Source: Prochlorococcus sp. AG-679-M10 | GTDB taxonomy: Bacteria; Cyanobacteriota; Cyanobacteriia; PCC-6307; Cyanobiaceae | Direction of reading: 5' to 3' | Assembly: GCA_003210655.1 (NCBI GenBank) | Contig: QCUQ01000003.1 | Coordinates: forward strand, 9,428 to 73,427 | DNA: 64,000 nucleotides | Shown here: one piece after another, positions 1-11,405 of the stretch | How the letters are laid out: each line of letters opens with the position of its first letter | Numbering within the stretch: the stretch's first letter is position 1 | Made by a program: the position numbers and the translations under genes | Notes under the pieces: generated by a model | Told to the model about the DNA's origin: nothing | The model's database searches: none | The model's input: only the letters and a program-made list of their open reading frames with translations

Positions 1-537
1 GCATCAGATTTATTAGCACAGGCAGAGCATGACCCATTAGCTTCCTCAATACTTTTGACCACATCAAATGATCAAGCTCAAGAAGTTTTTGATGAAGTCT
101 TTAAGCAAATAGAACATCACCCCAGAAAAGAAATTTGCATTCAATCAATTAAGAATTGGGGATTAATCGCTATTTGCGAAAATTTAGAATCATGCGTTGA
201 ACTAAGCAATGAGTTTGCCCCAGAACATTTAGAGATAATTACAATTGATCCAAAAACGACGCTTGAGTCTATTGAGAATGCAGGTGCGATATTTTTAGGG
301 AAATGGACACCAGAGGCTGTAGGTGATTATTTGGCTGGACCAAACCACACTTTACCCACATGCGGGAATGCGAGGTTTAGTGGTTCATTAGGAGTTGAAA
401 CTTTCATGAAGAATTCTTCGATAATTGAATTTAATGAAAAAAGTTTAAAAATTAACAGCTTGGATATTATAAATTTGGCATATAGTGAGGGTTTACATAG
501 TCACGCAAATTCGGTAAAAATTAGATTTGATGATTAA
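1..537 (+). CDS. hisD: histidinol dehydrogenase, C-terminal part (5' end outside window)
   Basis: Open frame from nt 1 ([12 protein letters not shown]...) with HisD motifs [22 protein letters not shown] and [10 protein letters not shown]. Confidence 0.96.
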   Translation, partial: ASDLLAQAEHDPLASSILLTTSNDQAQEVFDEVFKQIEHHPRKEICIQSIKNWGLIAICENLESCVELSNEFAPEHLEIITIDPKTTLESIENAGAIFLGKWTPEAVGDYLAGPNHTLPTCGNARFSGSLGVETFMKNSSIIEFNEKSLKINSLDIINLAYSEGLHSHANSVKIRFDD

Positions 538-1247
538 CTCCCCTTAAAAGGTGAAAACAATACTGGAACGTTATCCTCAATTCTACCCACCAAAACCTTA
601 TCAACTAAATCAACAAATAATCCATTTTCTAAGACCCCAGGAATATTATTAATACGCATTTCTAAATCTTTTGGATCTTTTATGCCGGTATCAAATAAAA
701 CATCCAAAATCAAATTACCTTGATCTGTTACAACTGGGCCTGCTTTTTTTGTTGCCATTCTTAAATTAGAAACTCCATTCATTTCTGAAATCACATCCAT
801 CACCTGCTTCCACGCAGAAGGCATAACTTCTACAGGGAGAGGGAAAACTTGGTTTAAATTTTGCACTAGCTTAGTTTCATCAATAACAATTAAAAATTTA
901 GTTGCTTTGGATGCAACCAATTTTTCTCGGACATGGCAAGCTCCTCCACCCTTGATTAATTGAAAGAGAGGATCTACTTCATCTGCTCCATCAATAGCTA
1001 AATCAATTTGAGGAACTGAAGCTAAATCAATTAAAGGAATATTGAGTTCTAATGCAAGAACCTCTGATTGAAAGGAAGTTGGAACTCCTTTAATATTTTT
1101 TAATTTGCCTGATCTAATTTGTTCAGCAAGACTTTTTATCATTAGTGCTGCTGTTGATCCAGATCCTAACCCCAAGATCATTCCATCTTCTACTTCTTTA
1201 ACAGCTGCATCAGCAACTATTTGTTTCATCTGAGTCTGTAAATCCAA
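534..1247 (-). CDS. rpiA: ribose-5-phosphate isomerase A
   Basis: GLGSGST, DGADEVD and KGGGA motifs; TTG start. Confidence 0.97.
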   Translation of the reverse strand: MDLQTQMKQIVADAAVKEVEDGMILGLGSGSTAALMIKSLAEQIRSGKLKNIKGVPTSFQSEVLALELNIPLIDLASVPQIDLAIDGADEVDPLFQLIKGGGACHVREKLVASKATKFLIVIDETKLVQNLNQVFPLPVEVMPSAWKQVMDVISEMNGVSNLRMATKKAGPVVTDQGNLILDVLFDTGIKDPKDLEMRINNIPGVLENGLFVDLVDKVLVGRIEDNVPVLFSPFKGS

Positions 1248-1294
1248 AATGTTTTGACCTAAAGTTTATAGATTATTAAATTTCAACGGATGAT

Positions 1295-2440
<1,146 letters not shown>

Positions 2441-2577
2441 TTAATAATATTAAGAATTTAATTGAATAAATTTCCAAATGTTGTTTTTTTGTTTACTTCC
2501 ATAAAATACACATACTAAAAAATTTTTTTTAAAAACTTTTTAATATGTGAAAATAATTAATAACTTAATAATTATAA

Positions 2578-3054
2578 TTGAATAAATTGGACAAGATATG
2601 TAAAAGCAACCTAGAAATTCTTCTTCAAGGAGTCGCTAAAGAATTTAATCTAAAGATATACAGTTTAAAAATACTGACAAATCAAAATCCCATTATTGTC
2701 AAAATTATTATTTGTAATATTAACGATGATGATATTACTTTAGACGACTGTTCAAGATTTAATAACCCGGCCAATACTGTAATTGAAAATTCAAATCTTT
2801 TAAAATGTTCATATGTTTTAGAAATTAGTAGTCAAGGTGTCAGTGATGAATTAACCTCAGAAAGAGACTTCAAAACTTTTAAAGGTTTTCCAGTTAATGT
2901 TGAGTTAAACCCAAAAAATTCTCAAATAAAATTTTTGAACGGTTTACTTTATGAAAAGTCTAAAGATTATTTAGCCATTAACATTAAAGGTAAGATAAAA
3001 AAAATCCCCTTTAATGAAGTATTAAAGGTTAGTCTTTCCACTTTAAAAGACTAA
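2578..3054 (+). CDS. rimP: ribosome maturation factor RimP
   Basis: ITLDDC and YVLEISSQG motifs; first gene of rimP-nusA-ylxR-infB; start codon uncertain. Confidence 0.9.
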   Translation: MNKLDKICKSNLEILLQGVAKEFNLKIYSLKILTNQNPIIVKIIICNINDDDITLDDCSRFNNPANTVIENSNLLKCSYVLEISSQGVSDELTSERDFKTFKGFPVNVELNPKNSQIKFLNGLLYEKSKDYLAINIKGKIKKIPFNEVLKVSLSTLKD

Positions 3055-3090
3055 TTTATTTTCAACTATTATTCATTTTACCCATCATAG

Positions 3091-4494
3091 ATGGCATTAG
3101 TAATTCTCCCAGGATTAAACAATCTTATTGAAGACATAAGTGAGGAAAAAAAATTACCTCCTCACGTTGTGGAATCAGCTTTACGTGAAGCCTTACTTAA
3201 AGGTTACGAAAAATACCGAAAAACCTTCTACATTGGAGTGAAAGAAGATCCATTTGATGAAGAATATTTTAGTAATTTTGATGTAGGTTTCGATCTAGAA
3301 GAAGAAGGTTATCGGATTTTATCGAGTAAAATTATTGTCGAAGAGGTTGAAAGCGAAGATCATCAAATATCTCTTCAAGAAGTTAAACAAGTTGCTGATG
3401 ATGCTCAAATTGGTGATACCGTCGTTTTAGATGTCACTCCCGAAAAAGAGGATTTTGGTAGAATGGCCGCCTCAACTACGAAGCAAGTATTGGCTCAAAA
3501 GTTAAGAGACCAACAAAGGAAAATGATTCAGGAAGAATTCGCAGATTTAGAAGACCCTGTTTTAACTGCAAGAGTTATAAGATTTGAAAGACAGTCGGTA
3601 ATTATGGGTGTTAGCTCAGGAATCGGCAGGCCAGAAGTTGAAGCAGAACTTCCTAAAAGGGATCAATTACCAAATGACAATTATAGAGCTAATGCTACAT
3701 TCAAAGTTTTTCTAAAAGAAGTTAGTGAAGTAGCTAGAAAAGGTCCTCAACTTTTTGTGAGTAGAGCTAATGCTGGTCTTGTGGTTTATTTATTCGAAAA
3801 TGAAGTCCCAGAAATTCAAGAAGGTACAGTAAAAATTGTTGCGGTTTCAAGAGAAGCAAATCCCCCTTCCAGAGCAGTTGGCCCAAGGACTAAAGTCGCA
3901 GTAGACAGTATTGAAAGAGAAGTTGATCCAGTCGGTGCTTGCATTGGAGCAAGAGGAGCAAGAATTCAACAAGTAGTTAATGAATTAAGGGGAGAAAAAA
4001 TAGATGTTATAAAGTGGTCATCTGATCCTATTCAATACATACTAAATTCTTTAAGTCCAGCTAAAGTTGACCTTGTCAGACTTGTTGATCCCGAAGGACA
4101 ACATGCTCATGTTTTAGTTCCTCCTGATCAATTAAGTCTTGCCATAGGAAGAGAAGGTCAAAATGTTCGTCTTGCTGCTAGGTTAACAGGCTGGAAAATA
4201 GACGTTAAAAACTCCCATGAATATGATCAGGAAGCAGAAGACACTGCAGTAGCAGAATTAATTGTTCAAAGGGAGGAAGAAGAGAATCTTCAAAGAGAAG
4301 CTGAACAGAGATTGGAGGCTGAGCAAGCAGAAAGAGCTGCAGAAGATAAAAGACTAAGGGAACTTTACCCTTTACCTGAAGATGATGAAGAATATGGAGA
4401 TGAACTATACGAAGAAGAAACTCGTTCAGAAAACGACCAAACAGAAAACTTGAAACAAGAGGAACTATTGTCTAAAGAGGAGAACACACGGTGA
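3091..4494 (+). CDS. nusA: transcription termination/antitermination factor NusA
   Basis: FGRMAA, S1 and KH domains (DPVGACIGARG, AIGREGQNVRLA), acidic tail. Confidence 0.98.
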   Translation: MALVILPGLNNLIEDISEEKKLPPHVVESALREALLKGYEKYRKTFYIGVKEDPFDEEYFSNFDVGFDLEEEGYRILSSKIIVEEVESEDHQISLQEVKQVADDAQIGDTVVLDVTPEKEDFGRMAASTTKQVLAQKLRDQQRKMIQEEFADLEDPVLTARVIRFERQSVIMGVSSGIGRPEVEAELPKRDQLPNDNYRANATFKVFLKEVSEVARKGPQLFVSRANAGLVVYLFENEVPEIQEGTVKIVAVSREANPPSRAVGPRTKVAVDSIEREVDPVGACIGARGARIQQVVNELRGEKIDVIKWSSDPIQYILNSLSPAKVDLVRLVDPEGQHAHVLVPPDQLSLAIGREGQNVRLAARLTGWKIDVKNSHEYDQEAEDTAVAELIVQREEEENLQREAEQRLEAEQAERAAEDKRLRELYPLPEDDEEYGDELYEEETRSENDQTENLKQEELLSKEENTR

Positions 4495-4751
4495 TACAGA
4501 AATCTCCTGTTATGCGTAAGTGCATTTCTTGCAGGACAACTTTTGATAGAAATAATCTTTTGAAGATTACTAATGATCATAAGTTAGGAATAATGCTTAA
4601 CCAAGGTATGGGTCGTTCTGCTTACATTTGTAAGTCAAAAAAGTGTTACACAGATTCTAAACTTAAAAAAAAGCTTCAAAAAGCTTTAAAAGGCATTTTA
4701 AATCCTGAATTTATTGATATTTTTGAAAGGGAAATTGCAAACTATAAATAA
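4491..4751 (+). CDS. ylxR: YlxR/DUF448 RNA-binding protein
   Basis: RKCISCR and GRSAYIC motifs; between nusA and infB; GTG start overlapping nusA stop. Confidence 0.9.
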   Translation: MIQKSPVMRKCISCRTTFDRNNLLKITNDHKLGIMLNQGMGRSAYICKSKKCYTDSKLKKKLQKALKGILNPEFIDIFEREIANYK

Positions 4752-4823
4752 CTATCCCAAAAGGGCATATAATTAAAATTATATTCTTCCAAAATTTCTT
4801 AAAAAGAGTAACATTCAGATTAA

Positions 4824-7800
4824 ATGACTATCAGCGATAAAATCAGAGTTTATGAACTTTCCAGAGATCTAAAACTGGAAAATAAAGATATATTGGATGC
4901 TGCTCAAAAACTTTCAATATCAGTCAAAAGTCACAGCAGTTCAATAAGTTTAGAAGATGCGAAAAAAATTAAAAATCTTATAAATAACAAAAATTCAAGT
5001 AAAAAAATTCTTTCTGTAAGTAAATCTGGAATTAAAGCAAAAAATGAAAACCCAAAAAATAATGATAATAAAAATAATAAAAATTTTTCTAATACCTCTC
5101 ATCCAGAAAAGTTGTCAAAAGAAGGTTTAAATAAAACACCCCTTTTAATAAAGCCTACTAATAAAGTAGAGAATTCATTAGTAAGCTCAAATAAAAAAAA
5201 TCTAAATAATATTAAAAATCCAAATCCCCCTTCTATCGTCTCTAACCTCAAATCTCAAGCGCTTTCAAAAACTCAAAATAAAACTAATACTTCAGTAATA
5301 ACAACTCCCAATCTAAAAGACAAAAAAGATCCAATTGCTCTTCAAGACAAAAAGCCTTTAAAAAACTCTTCAGGATCTCCCGCAAAAACTACTGCAAGGC
5401 CGCCTATTCAACTAATTGAAAAACCAAAAAATTTGGCAAATTCCAATAGGAATATAAACGCAAACAAAATAAATAACTCAGTTAATCAAAGGGCTCAATC
5501 ATTAAATAGAGCTGATAATAATAAATTAAATAGAGCTGATAATAATAAATTTCCTAAAAAGAACTTAAATAGTCCTAACGTAAAAAGTACTCCTGAACTA
5601 GTAGGTGCCCCGATTAGAAGGGAAGATCCTAAAATTAATACAAACAGGCCAAACTCTAATAGCAGGCAACCCTCATCTAATACAAAAATTTCTGCAAATA
5701 GGCCAGGGGGGCAGAATAGGCAGGGTGTTCCAAATAGAGAAGGCGGTGGCCCCTACAGACAGGGATCCCCTAATAGGCCAGGAACTCCTTATAGACAAGG
5801 TGCTCCTAATAGGCCAGGGGGGCAGAATAGGCAGGGTGTTCCAAATAGAGAGGGCGGTGCCCCCTATAGACAGGGATCTCCTAATAGGCCAGGAACTCCT
5901 TATAGACAAGGTGCTTCTGGGATTAGAAAGCCAGTAGCACCTAATGAACTGATGCAGCTACAGAAAACCAATGCATCAAATAAAGAAAAACCTAATACCT
6001 CTAATTTAAACAAACAAAAAATCGAGGGGGCCAATCAGAAGGCAAAAGCACCTAATAGTCGTTTAAATGCATCTCCCTCTTCTACGCCTAAAAAACCACC
6101 TTATAGAACATTCGCAAACAACTCTAAGAAGCCTGGCAGAACAGATTGGGACGATAGTGCCAAACTGGAAGCATTAAGAAATAAAAATCCACAGAAACAA
6201 AGACAAAAAGTCCATATTATTGGCGAAAATGATGATTCATTAACCTCTGAGACTAGCGGCTACTCAGGAGAGAAGGTTTCAATACTATCAGCTAGTTTGG
6301 CTCGTCCAAAAAAAGAAAAGTCTGAAGAGATCAAATCACAAAAACCCGCAAGAAATTTCAAGAAAAAGAAAAAAGAGACTACTAGGCAAAGACAAAAGAG
6401 AAGAGCTATGGAATTAAGAGCAGCGAAAGATGCAAAACAAGTAAGACCCGAAATGATAATAATACCTGAAGATAATTTAACAGTACAAGAATTAGCCGAT
6501 AAGCTTAGTCTTGAAAGTTCGGAAATAATCAAATCTCTTTTCTTTAAAGGTATTACGGCTACAGTTACTCAATCACTTGACTTGGCAACCATTGAGACAG
6601 TGGCTGAAGAATTTGGAGTCCCTGTTTTACAAGATGATGTTGAAGAGGCTGCAAAGAAAACAGTAGACATGATTGAAACCGATGATATTGAAAGTCTCAT
6701 CAAAAGGCCTCCAGTAATTACAGTAATGGGACATGTTGATCATGGTAAAACAAGTCTTTTAGATTCCATAAGAGAATCCCGAGTAGCATCTGGAGAAGCA
6801 GGTGGAATAACTCAACATATCGGAGCTTATCAAGTTGAGTTTGAGCACGAATCAAAAAAGAAAAAGCTAACTTTTCTTGATACTCCAGGTCATGAAGCAT
6901 TTACCGCTATGCGTGCAAGAGGTACAAAAGTTACAGACGTAGCAGTACTTGTTGTAGCTGCTGATGATGGTTGCAGACCTCAAACACTTGAAGCTATTAG
7001 TCACGCAAGAGCAGCAAAAGTCCCAATAGTTGTAGCTATAAATAAAATTGATAAAGAAGGTGCTTCTCCAGATAGAGTTAAACAGGAATTATCAGAAAAA
7101 GATCTAATTGCCGAAGATTGGGGTGGGGACGTAGTTATGGTCCCGGTCAGTGCAATCAAAAAACAAAATATTGATAAATTACTCGAGATGATCCTGTTGG
7201 TTTCTGAAGTTGAAGATCTCCAAGCAAACCCAGAAAGATTAGCTAAAGGGACAGTTATTGAAGCCCATTTAGATAAAGCCAAAGGTCCTGTTGCAACTTT
7301 ATTAGTACAAAATGGCACATTAAAATCTGGAGATGTTTTAGCCGCAGGTTCAGTCCTTGGAAAAATTAGAGCGATGGTAGATGAACATGGTAATAGAATT
7401 AAGGAGGCTGGTCCTTCATGTCCAGTTGAAGCACTTGGATTTAGCGAAGTCCCAACAGCAGGTGACGAATTTGAAGTTTATCCTGATGAGAAATCTGCTA
7501 GAGCGATTGTTGGAGATAGAGCGACTGATGCAAGAGCAACAAAATTAGCCCAGCAAATGGCATCTAGAAGGGTAAGCTTATCATCTTTATCTACTCAAGC
7601 TAATGATGGAGAACTTAAAGAATTAAATCTAATTCTTAAAGCAGATGTCCAAGGAAGTGTAGAAGCTATATTAGGTTCATTAGAACAATTACCAAAAAAC
7701 GAGGTTCAAGTTAGAGTCCTACTCTCCGCACCTGGAGAAATAACTGAGACTGACATAGATCTTGCTGCTGCCTCTGGCTCAGTAATAATAGGCTTCAACA

Positions 7801-8231
7801 CATCATTGGCCTCTGGAGCTAAAAGAGCGGCCGACGCAAATGATGTTGATATACGAGAGTATGAAGTCATTTATAAACTTTTAGAAGATATTCAATCCGC
7901 TATGGAAGGATTACTTGAACCTGATCTAGTTGAGGAATCTTTAGGTCAAGCTGAAGTAAGAGCGACATTTGCGGTTGGAAAAGGAGCAATTGCTGGATGC
8001 TACATACAAAGTGGTAAGCTTCAAAGAAATTGTTCTTTAAGAGTATTTAGATCCGATAAAGTAATATTTGAAGGTAATTTAGATTCTTTGAAAAGATCTA
8101 AGGATGATGTAAAAGAAGTTAATACTGGTTTCGAATGTGGAGTTGGATGTGATAAATTCTCAACTTGGAGTGAAGGAGATATCATTGAAGCATTCAAATT
8201 TGTAACAAAAAAAAGGACGCTAAATAAATAA
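4824..8231 (+). CDS. infB: translation initiation factor IF-2
   Basis: RVYELS N-terminus, [16 protein letters not shown] and NKID G-motifs; long low-complexity N-terminal region. Confidence 0.99.
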   Translation: MTISDKIRVYELSRDLKLENKDILDAAQKLSISVKSHSSSISLEDAKKIKNLINNKNSSKKILSVSKSGIKAKNENPKNNDNKNNKNFSNTSHPEKLSKEGLNKTPLLIKPTNKVENSLVSSNKKNLNNIKNPNPPSIVSNLKSQALSKTQNKTNTSVITTPNLKDKKDPIALQDKKPLKNSSGSPAKTTARPPIQLIEKPKNLANSNRNINANKINNSVNQRAQSLNRADNNKLNRADNNKFPKKNLNSPNVKSTPELVGAPIRREDPKINTNRPNSNSRQPSSNTKISANRPGGQNRQGVPNREGGGPYRQGSPNRPGTPYRQGAPNRPGGQNRQGVPNREGGAPYRQGSPNRPGTPYRQGASGIRKPVAPNELMQLQKTNASNKEKPNTSNLNKQKIEGANQKAKAPNSRLNASPSSTPKKPPYRTFANNSKKPGRTDWDDSAKLEALRNKNPQKQRQKVHIIGENDDSLTSETSGYSGEKVSILSASLARPKKEKSEEIKSQKPARNFKKKKKETTRQRQKRRAMELRAAKDAKQVRPEMIIIPEDNLTVQELADKLSLESSEIIKSLFFKGITATVTQSLDLATIETVAEEFGVPVLQDDVEEAAKKTVDMIETDDIESLIKRPPVITVMGHVDHGKTSLLDSIRESRVASGEAGGITQHIGAYQVEFEHESKKKKLTFLDTPGHEAFTAMRARGTKVTDVAVLVVAADDGCRPQTLEAISHARAAKVPIVVAINKIDKEGASPDRVKQELSEKDLIAEDWGGDVVMVPVSAIKKQNIDKLLEMILLVSEVEDLQANPERLAKGTVIEAHLDKAKGPVATLLVQNGTLKSGDVLAAGSVLGKIRAMVDEHGNRIKEAGPSCPVEALGFSEVPTAGDEFEVYPDEKSARAIVGDRATDARATKLAQQMASRRVSLSSLSTQANDGELKELNLILKADVQGSVEAILGSLEQLPKNEVQVRVLLSAPGEITETDIDLAAASGSVIIGFNTSLASGAKRAADANDVDIREYEVIYKLLEDIQSAMEGLLEPDLVEESLGQAEVRATFAVGKGAIAGCYIQSGKLQRNCSLRVFRSDKVIFEGNLDSLKRSKDDVKEVNTGFECGVGCDKFSTWSEGDIIEAFKFVTKKRTLNK
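5502..5549 (+). repeat. 24-bp in-frame tandem duplication in infB (LNRADNNK x2)
   Basis: TTAAATAGAGCTGATAATAATAAA present twice back to back. Confidence 0.9.
5697..5915 (+). repeat. 111-bp in-frame tandem repeat (2 copies, 37 aa unit) in infB
   Basis: AATAGGCCAGGGGGGCAGAATAGGCAGGGTGTTCCAAATAGAGA... starts at 5697 and again at 5808 with few mismatches. Confidence 0.93.
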
Positions 8232-8235
8232 AACC

Positions 8236-8475
8236 TTAATCTTCCTTATTTCTATCCAAGAAAAATAAGATAGGAAATAATATACAAGCTCCTAGCTGTA
8301 TTAAAAGATTGTTTTGCTGTATTTCATTTCCACCAGCAATTTTAGTAACCATTATTAAAAGGCCTAAAAAAGCAGACCCCGAAAAGGCAATCCATAATAT
8401 TCTCCTTAAGCCTTTAAATGGAGCTTGAGTCTCTTTAAGTAATTTTTTTTTTAATTCAGGGTCAATTTTTGACAT
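8236..8475 (-). CDS. small two-TM membrane protein, DUF3493-like
   Basis: LLKETQAPFKGLRR motif followed by two hydrophobic helices. Confidence 0.8.
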   Translation of the reverse strand: MSKIDPELKKKLLKETQAPFKGLRRILWIAFSGSAFLGLLIMVTKIAGGNEIQQNNLLIQLGACILFPILFFLDRNKED

Positions 8476-8529
8476 TAATTCTTTAAAATATAAAATTAAG
8501 TCTATATGAAAAAACTAAAATTTAATATC

Positions 8530-8600
8530 GCCTACATAGTAAGCGTAATACCAAATGTTTCGTAAACATCTGGTCAATTGTTCAATTCAAATTATCAACA
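8530..8600 (+). pseudogene. decayed tRNA-Thr(CGU)
   Basis: Anticodon arm AATGT-TTCGTAA-ACATC, variable TGGTC, T arm AATTG-TTCAATT-CAAAT at canonical spacing; acceptor stem GCCTACA/TATCAAC and D arm broken. Confidence 0.7.
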
Positions 8601-8625
8601 TTTATCTACAAAAACAAAATTTTAT

Positions 8626-10173
8626 ATGTGGAAAATTAATTTCAAATTGTTTTTTAAATTACTTATATTTTTTCCATTAATTTTCTACTTTGGTAAAAGA
8701 AGTTACTTAGCTTATGATGAAGGATTTTATGCATTACAGGCTAGATGGATATTGGAAAAAGGAAATTGGACCATTCCATTATGGTGGGGAGATTTTATTT
8801 TAGATAGAACAATAGGTATACAATTTCTTATTGCCAAATCACAGGAAATATTTGGGGAAAATTTATTCGCAGCATATTTACCAACAACTATTTCATCAAT
8901 AGTGATGTTGATCATAACCTATAAATTACATGAAGAATTAATAGATAAAAAGTTTGCAATCGCATCACCACTTATTCTTTCAACAACTTTTTTGTGGTTT
9001 GATTATTCTCACTTAGCTACTCAAGATTTAATATATAGTTGTTTAGTGACTATTGGAATATTTTCGATTGTAAAAACAAACAGTAAAAAAGAATTAGTTT
9101 ACATATCTCTTTTTGGGCTTTGGATAGGTTTAGCTTTTATGATGAAAACTTTTCTCGTCGCGATACCAATTACATCATTATTTCCATATTTGATTAAAAA
9201 AAAATTTATTTTTGCTTCAAAATATTTTTGGCTTGGATTAATTATTGGTTTTATTCCATTCATTTTATGGACAACATCTATAAATACATTTCTTGATAAA
9301 AATATTATTTTTCACCTTTTAGATAAATTTAGTAATTTATCTAAAGAAAATACATTTACAAATCCTTTTTACTACTATTTGTGGAACATACCAGTAACTT
9401 TCCTCCCATGGAGCATATTTTCCATTATTGGATTAGTTCATGGTTTAAAAAGTAAAAATTCTGAAGGTTTTATTTTATTTTATTTCCCTTTAATCTTAAT
9501 AATCTTGATAAGTAGTTTTTCTTCAAAAACACCTTACTATCCTTTACAGATCTCTTCAATAATATCCTTAAATGCATTTATAGGTATCAAGTATTTAATA
9601 GAAGAAAAAAGATTTAAATTTATTTTTATTTTTATATCTTCAAGAATAATTCCATTATTTTTATTCTCAGTAATCTTTATCTATATTTTCGTATTCAAAG
9701 CTGGCATGAATTTTAATATCAAAGAGAATATATTCTTAATTAGTGGACTAGTACTATTTGCATTAGCTTGGAATTTTATCAAAAATACCCAAAGCACCTC
9801 AACATTAATATCTATATTAATTATTGGACCCTATTTAATGACATCCTGTTTTTTGCAATCAGGTCTTTTTACAGACCGCTCGAGAGAACTAAGAGAAACT
9901 ATGGAAAATATCTCTTCTTTGAAAACAATCAATAGTCGAATAATTAAAGTTGATAAGAGCAGCTTTATAAATACTGTTTCACATTCAAAAATCATTAGGA
10001 TTGCTCTTTTAACTCCTAATTTAGGAGAAGGGATTGAGAGTATCAACAGTTTAAAAACATCAGAACTAGCTTGGTCCATCTTGCCAAAAGAAGATCAAAA
10101 AAAAGATACTTCTTATGAAATCATTTATGAAAATAAAGTTATATTTCCTTGGAAATTAATCAAAAAAATCTAA
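8626..10173 (+). CDS. ArnT/PMT-like (GT-C) polytopic membrane glycosyltransferase
   Basis: DEGFYA first-loop motif, MMKT, PFYYYL and SKTPYYPL motifs, many TM helices; ATG at 8626 preferred over TTG 8578, which lies inside the pseudo-tRNA. Confidence 0.88.
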   Translation: MWKINFKLFFKLLIFFPLIFYFGKRSYLAYDEGFYALQARWILEKGNWTIPLWWGDFILDRTIGIQFLIAKSQEIFGENLFAAYLPTTISSIVMLIITYKLHEELIDKKFAIASPLILSTTFLWFDYSHLATQDLIYSCLVTIGIFSIVKTNSKKELVYISLFGLWIGLAFMMKTFLVAIPITSLFPYLIKKKFIFASKYFWLGLIIGFIPFILWTTSINTFLDKNIIFHLLDKFSNLSKENTFTNPFYYYLWNIPVTFLPWSIFSIIGLVHGLKSKNSEGFILFYFPLILIILISSFSSKTPYYPLQISSIISLNAFIGIKYLIEEKRFKFIFIFISSRIIPLFLFSVIFIYIFVFKAGMNFNIKENIFLISGLVLFALAWNFIKNTQSTSTLISILIIGPYLMTSCFLQSGLFTDRSRELRETMENISSLKTINSRIIKVDKSSFINTVSHSKIIRIALLTPNLGEGIESINSLKTSELAWSILPKEDQKKDTSYEIIYENKVIFPWKLIKKI

Positions 10174-10208
10174 TGGGTTAATATTAATCATGGTCAAATT
10201 TTTAAAAA

Positions 10209-11300
10209 ATGAAATCAGTAAATACTTGGAATTTAACAAATAATAAACTCCACCAATTATTTAAAGATGATAATGAATTTATTTCTCTTAAAGTAAGAGG
10301 TAATACTTGGGAACCAATTACAAGATGGCTAAAATTAGATTCCAGAATATTTAGGGGAACAACAAATACAGCAAGAATTACTTTATGTGATGTTGAATCA
10401 TTAGCAGAAATCTATAATTACAGATCTATCAGATGGAAAGCAAAAAAATTAACTCCAATACAAACAAAATTAGTTCCTCAGTCTATAAAAAATACTTTGC
10501 GCAAGTTACCAATAATTAAGCACCTTGCATTTGAAATAGAAATCATATTCTACAAATATCATGAAAATTTAAATGACCATATGATTTCAATACTTATTCC
10601 TGCAAGAAATGAAGAAGGTAATAAAGAACTTTTAATCAAAGCCTTAAATAAATTTAAAAAAATACCAAATAAAATCGAAATAATATTTGTAGAGGGAAAT
10701 AGCAAAGATAATACTTTTCAAATGTTGGAAAATCTTACTAAAGACTTCTCAAAAAACTTTAAAATATCTCTTTTAAAACAAACTTCAAAGGGAAAGAAAA
10801 ACGCAGTTGTTGAAGGATTTAATATATCAACTGGAGATACTCTAGCAATTATTGATTCTGACTTAACCGTAGATATTGACGATAGTATTGATGCCATAAT
10901 GGAATCAACAAAAAATGAAAATATATTAGTAAATTGCTCTAGAACAACTTTCCCAATGGAAAAAGATGCCATGAGATGGGCAAATTATATTGGCAATAGA
11001 TGTTTTGCAATATTTTTATCAATTTTAATAAACAAGCCTATATCCGATTCGCTATGTGGAACAAAAGTTTTCTCGAGGAAGTTTTTTAATTTGATGAAAA
11101 AAAATGGTAGTTGGGAATCAAAGTCAGATCCTTTTGGCGATTTTACAATAATCTTTGAAGCGGCCAATAATAATATTAAAATCTTAAATTACCCTGTCAG
11201 ATATTATGCAAGGCGGTCTGGAGCACCAAATATATCAAGATGGATAGATGGTATTAAACTTCTAAATGTTTGTTGGAAATATATGATTTCAGACATCTAA
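10209..11300 (+). CDS. GT2 glycosyltransferase with ~125-aa N-terminal extension
   Basis: ISILIPARNEEGN, VEGNSKDNT, DSD (DxD), DSLCGTKVF and DPFGDF motifs. Confidence 0.88.
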   Translation: MKSVNTWNLTNNKLHQLFKDDNEFISLKVRGNTWEPITRWLKLDSRIFRGTTNTARITLCDVESLAEIYNYRSIRWKAKKLTPIQTKLVPQSIKNTLRKLPIIKHLAFEIEIIFYKYHENLNDHMISILIPARNEEGNKELLIKALNKFKKIPNKIEIIFVEGNSKDNTFQMLENLTKDFSKNFKISLLKQTSKGKKNAVVEGFNISTGDTLAIIDSDLTVDIDDSIDAIMESTKNENILVNCSRTTFPMEKDAMRWANYIGNRCFAIFLSILINKPISDSLCGTKVFSRKFFNLMKKNGSWESKSDPFGDFTIIFEAANNNIKILNYPVRYYARRSGAPNISRWIDGIKLLNVCWKYMISDI

Positions 11301-11405
11301 CTAAAAATAGAGTTAAAATTTTTCAGAATTAAATTTTAAAAAATCACCGAAAGGGTAATAAAATAGTTAGATTCTTCACATGAGATCATTTTAAAATCTC
11401 TTTTT

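Noticed and set aside
4741-4772. Possible premature stop in ylxR (short in-frame LSQKGI* after the TAA)
   Set aside because: Only six extra codons in a variable tail; cannot be judged without an orthologue alignment.
5605-5937. Alternative-frame ORFs (5605-5937 +, 5673-5909 -) with repeated peptides; superficially array-like
   Set aside because: By-products of the 111-bp in-frame infB repeat; no unique spacers and no cas genes, so neither a CRISPR array nor separate genes.
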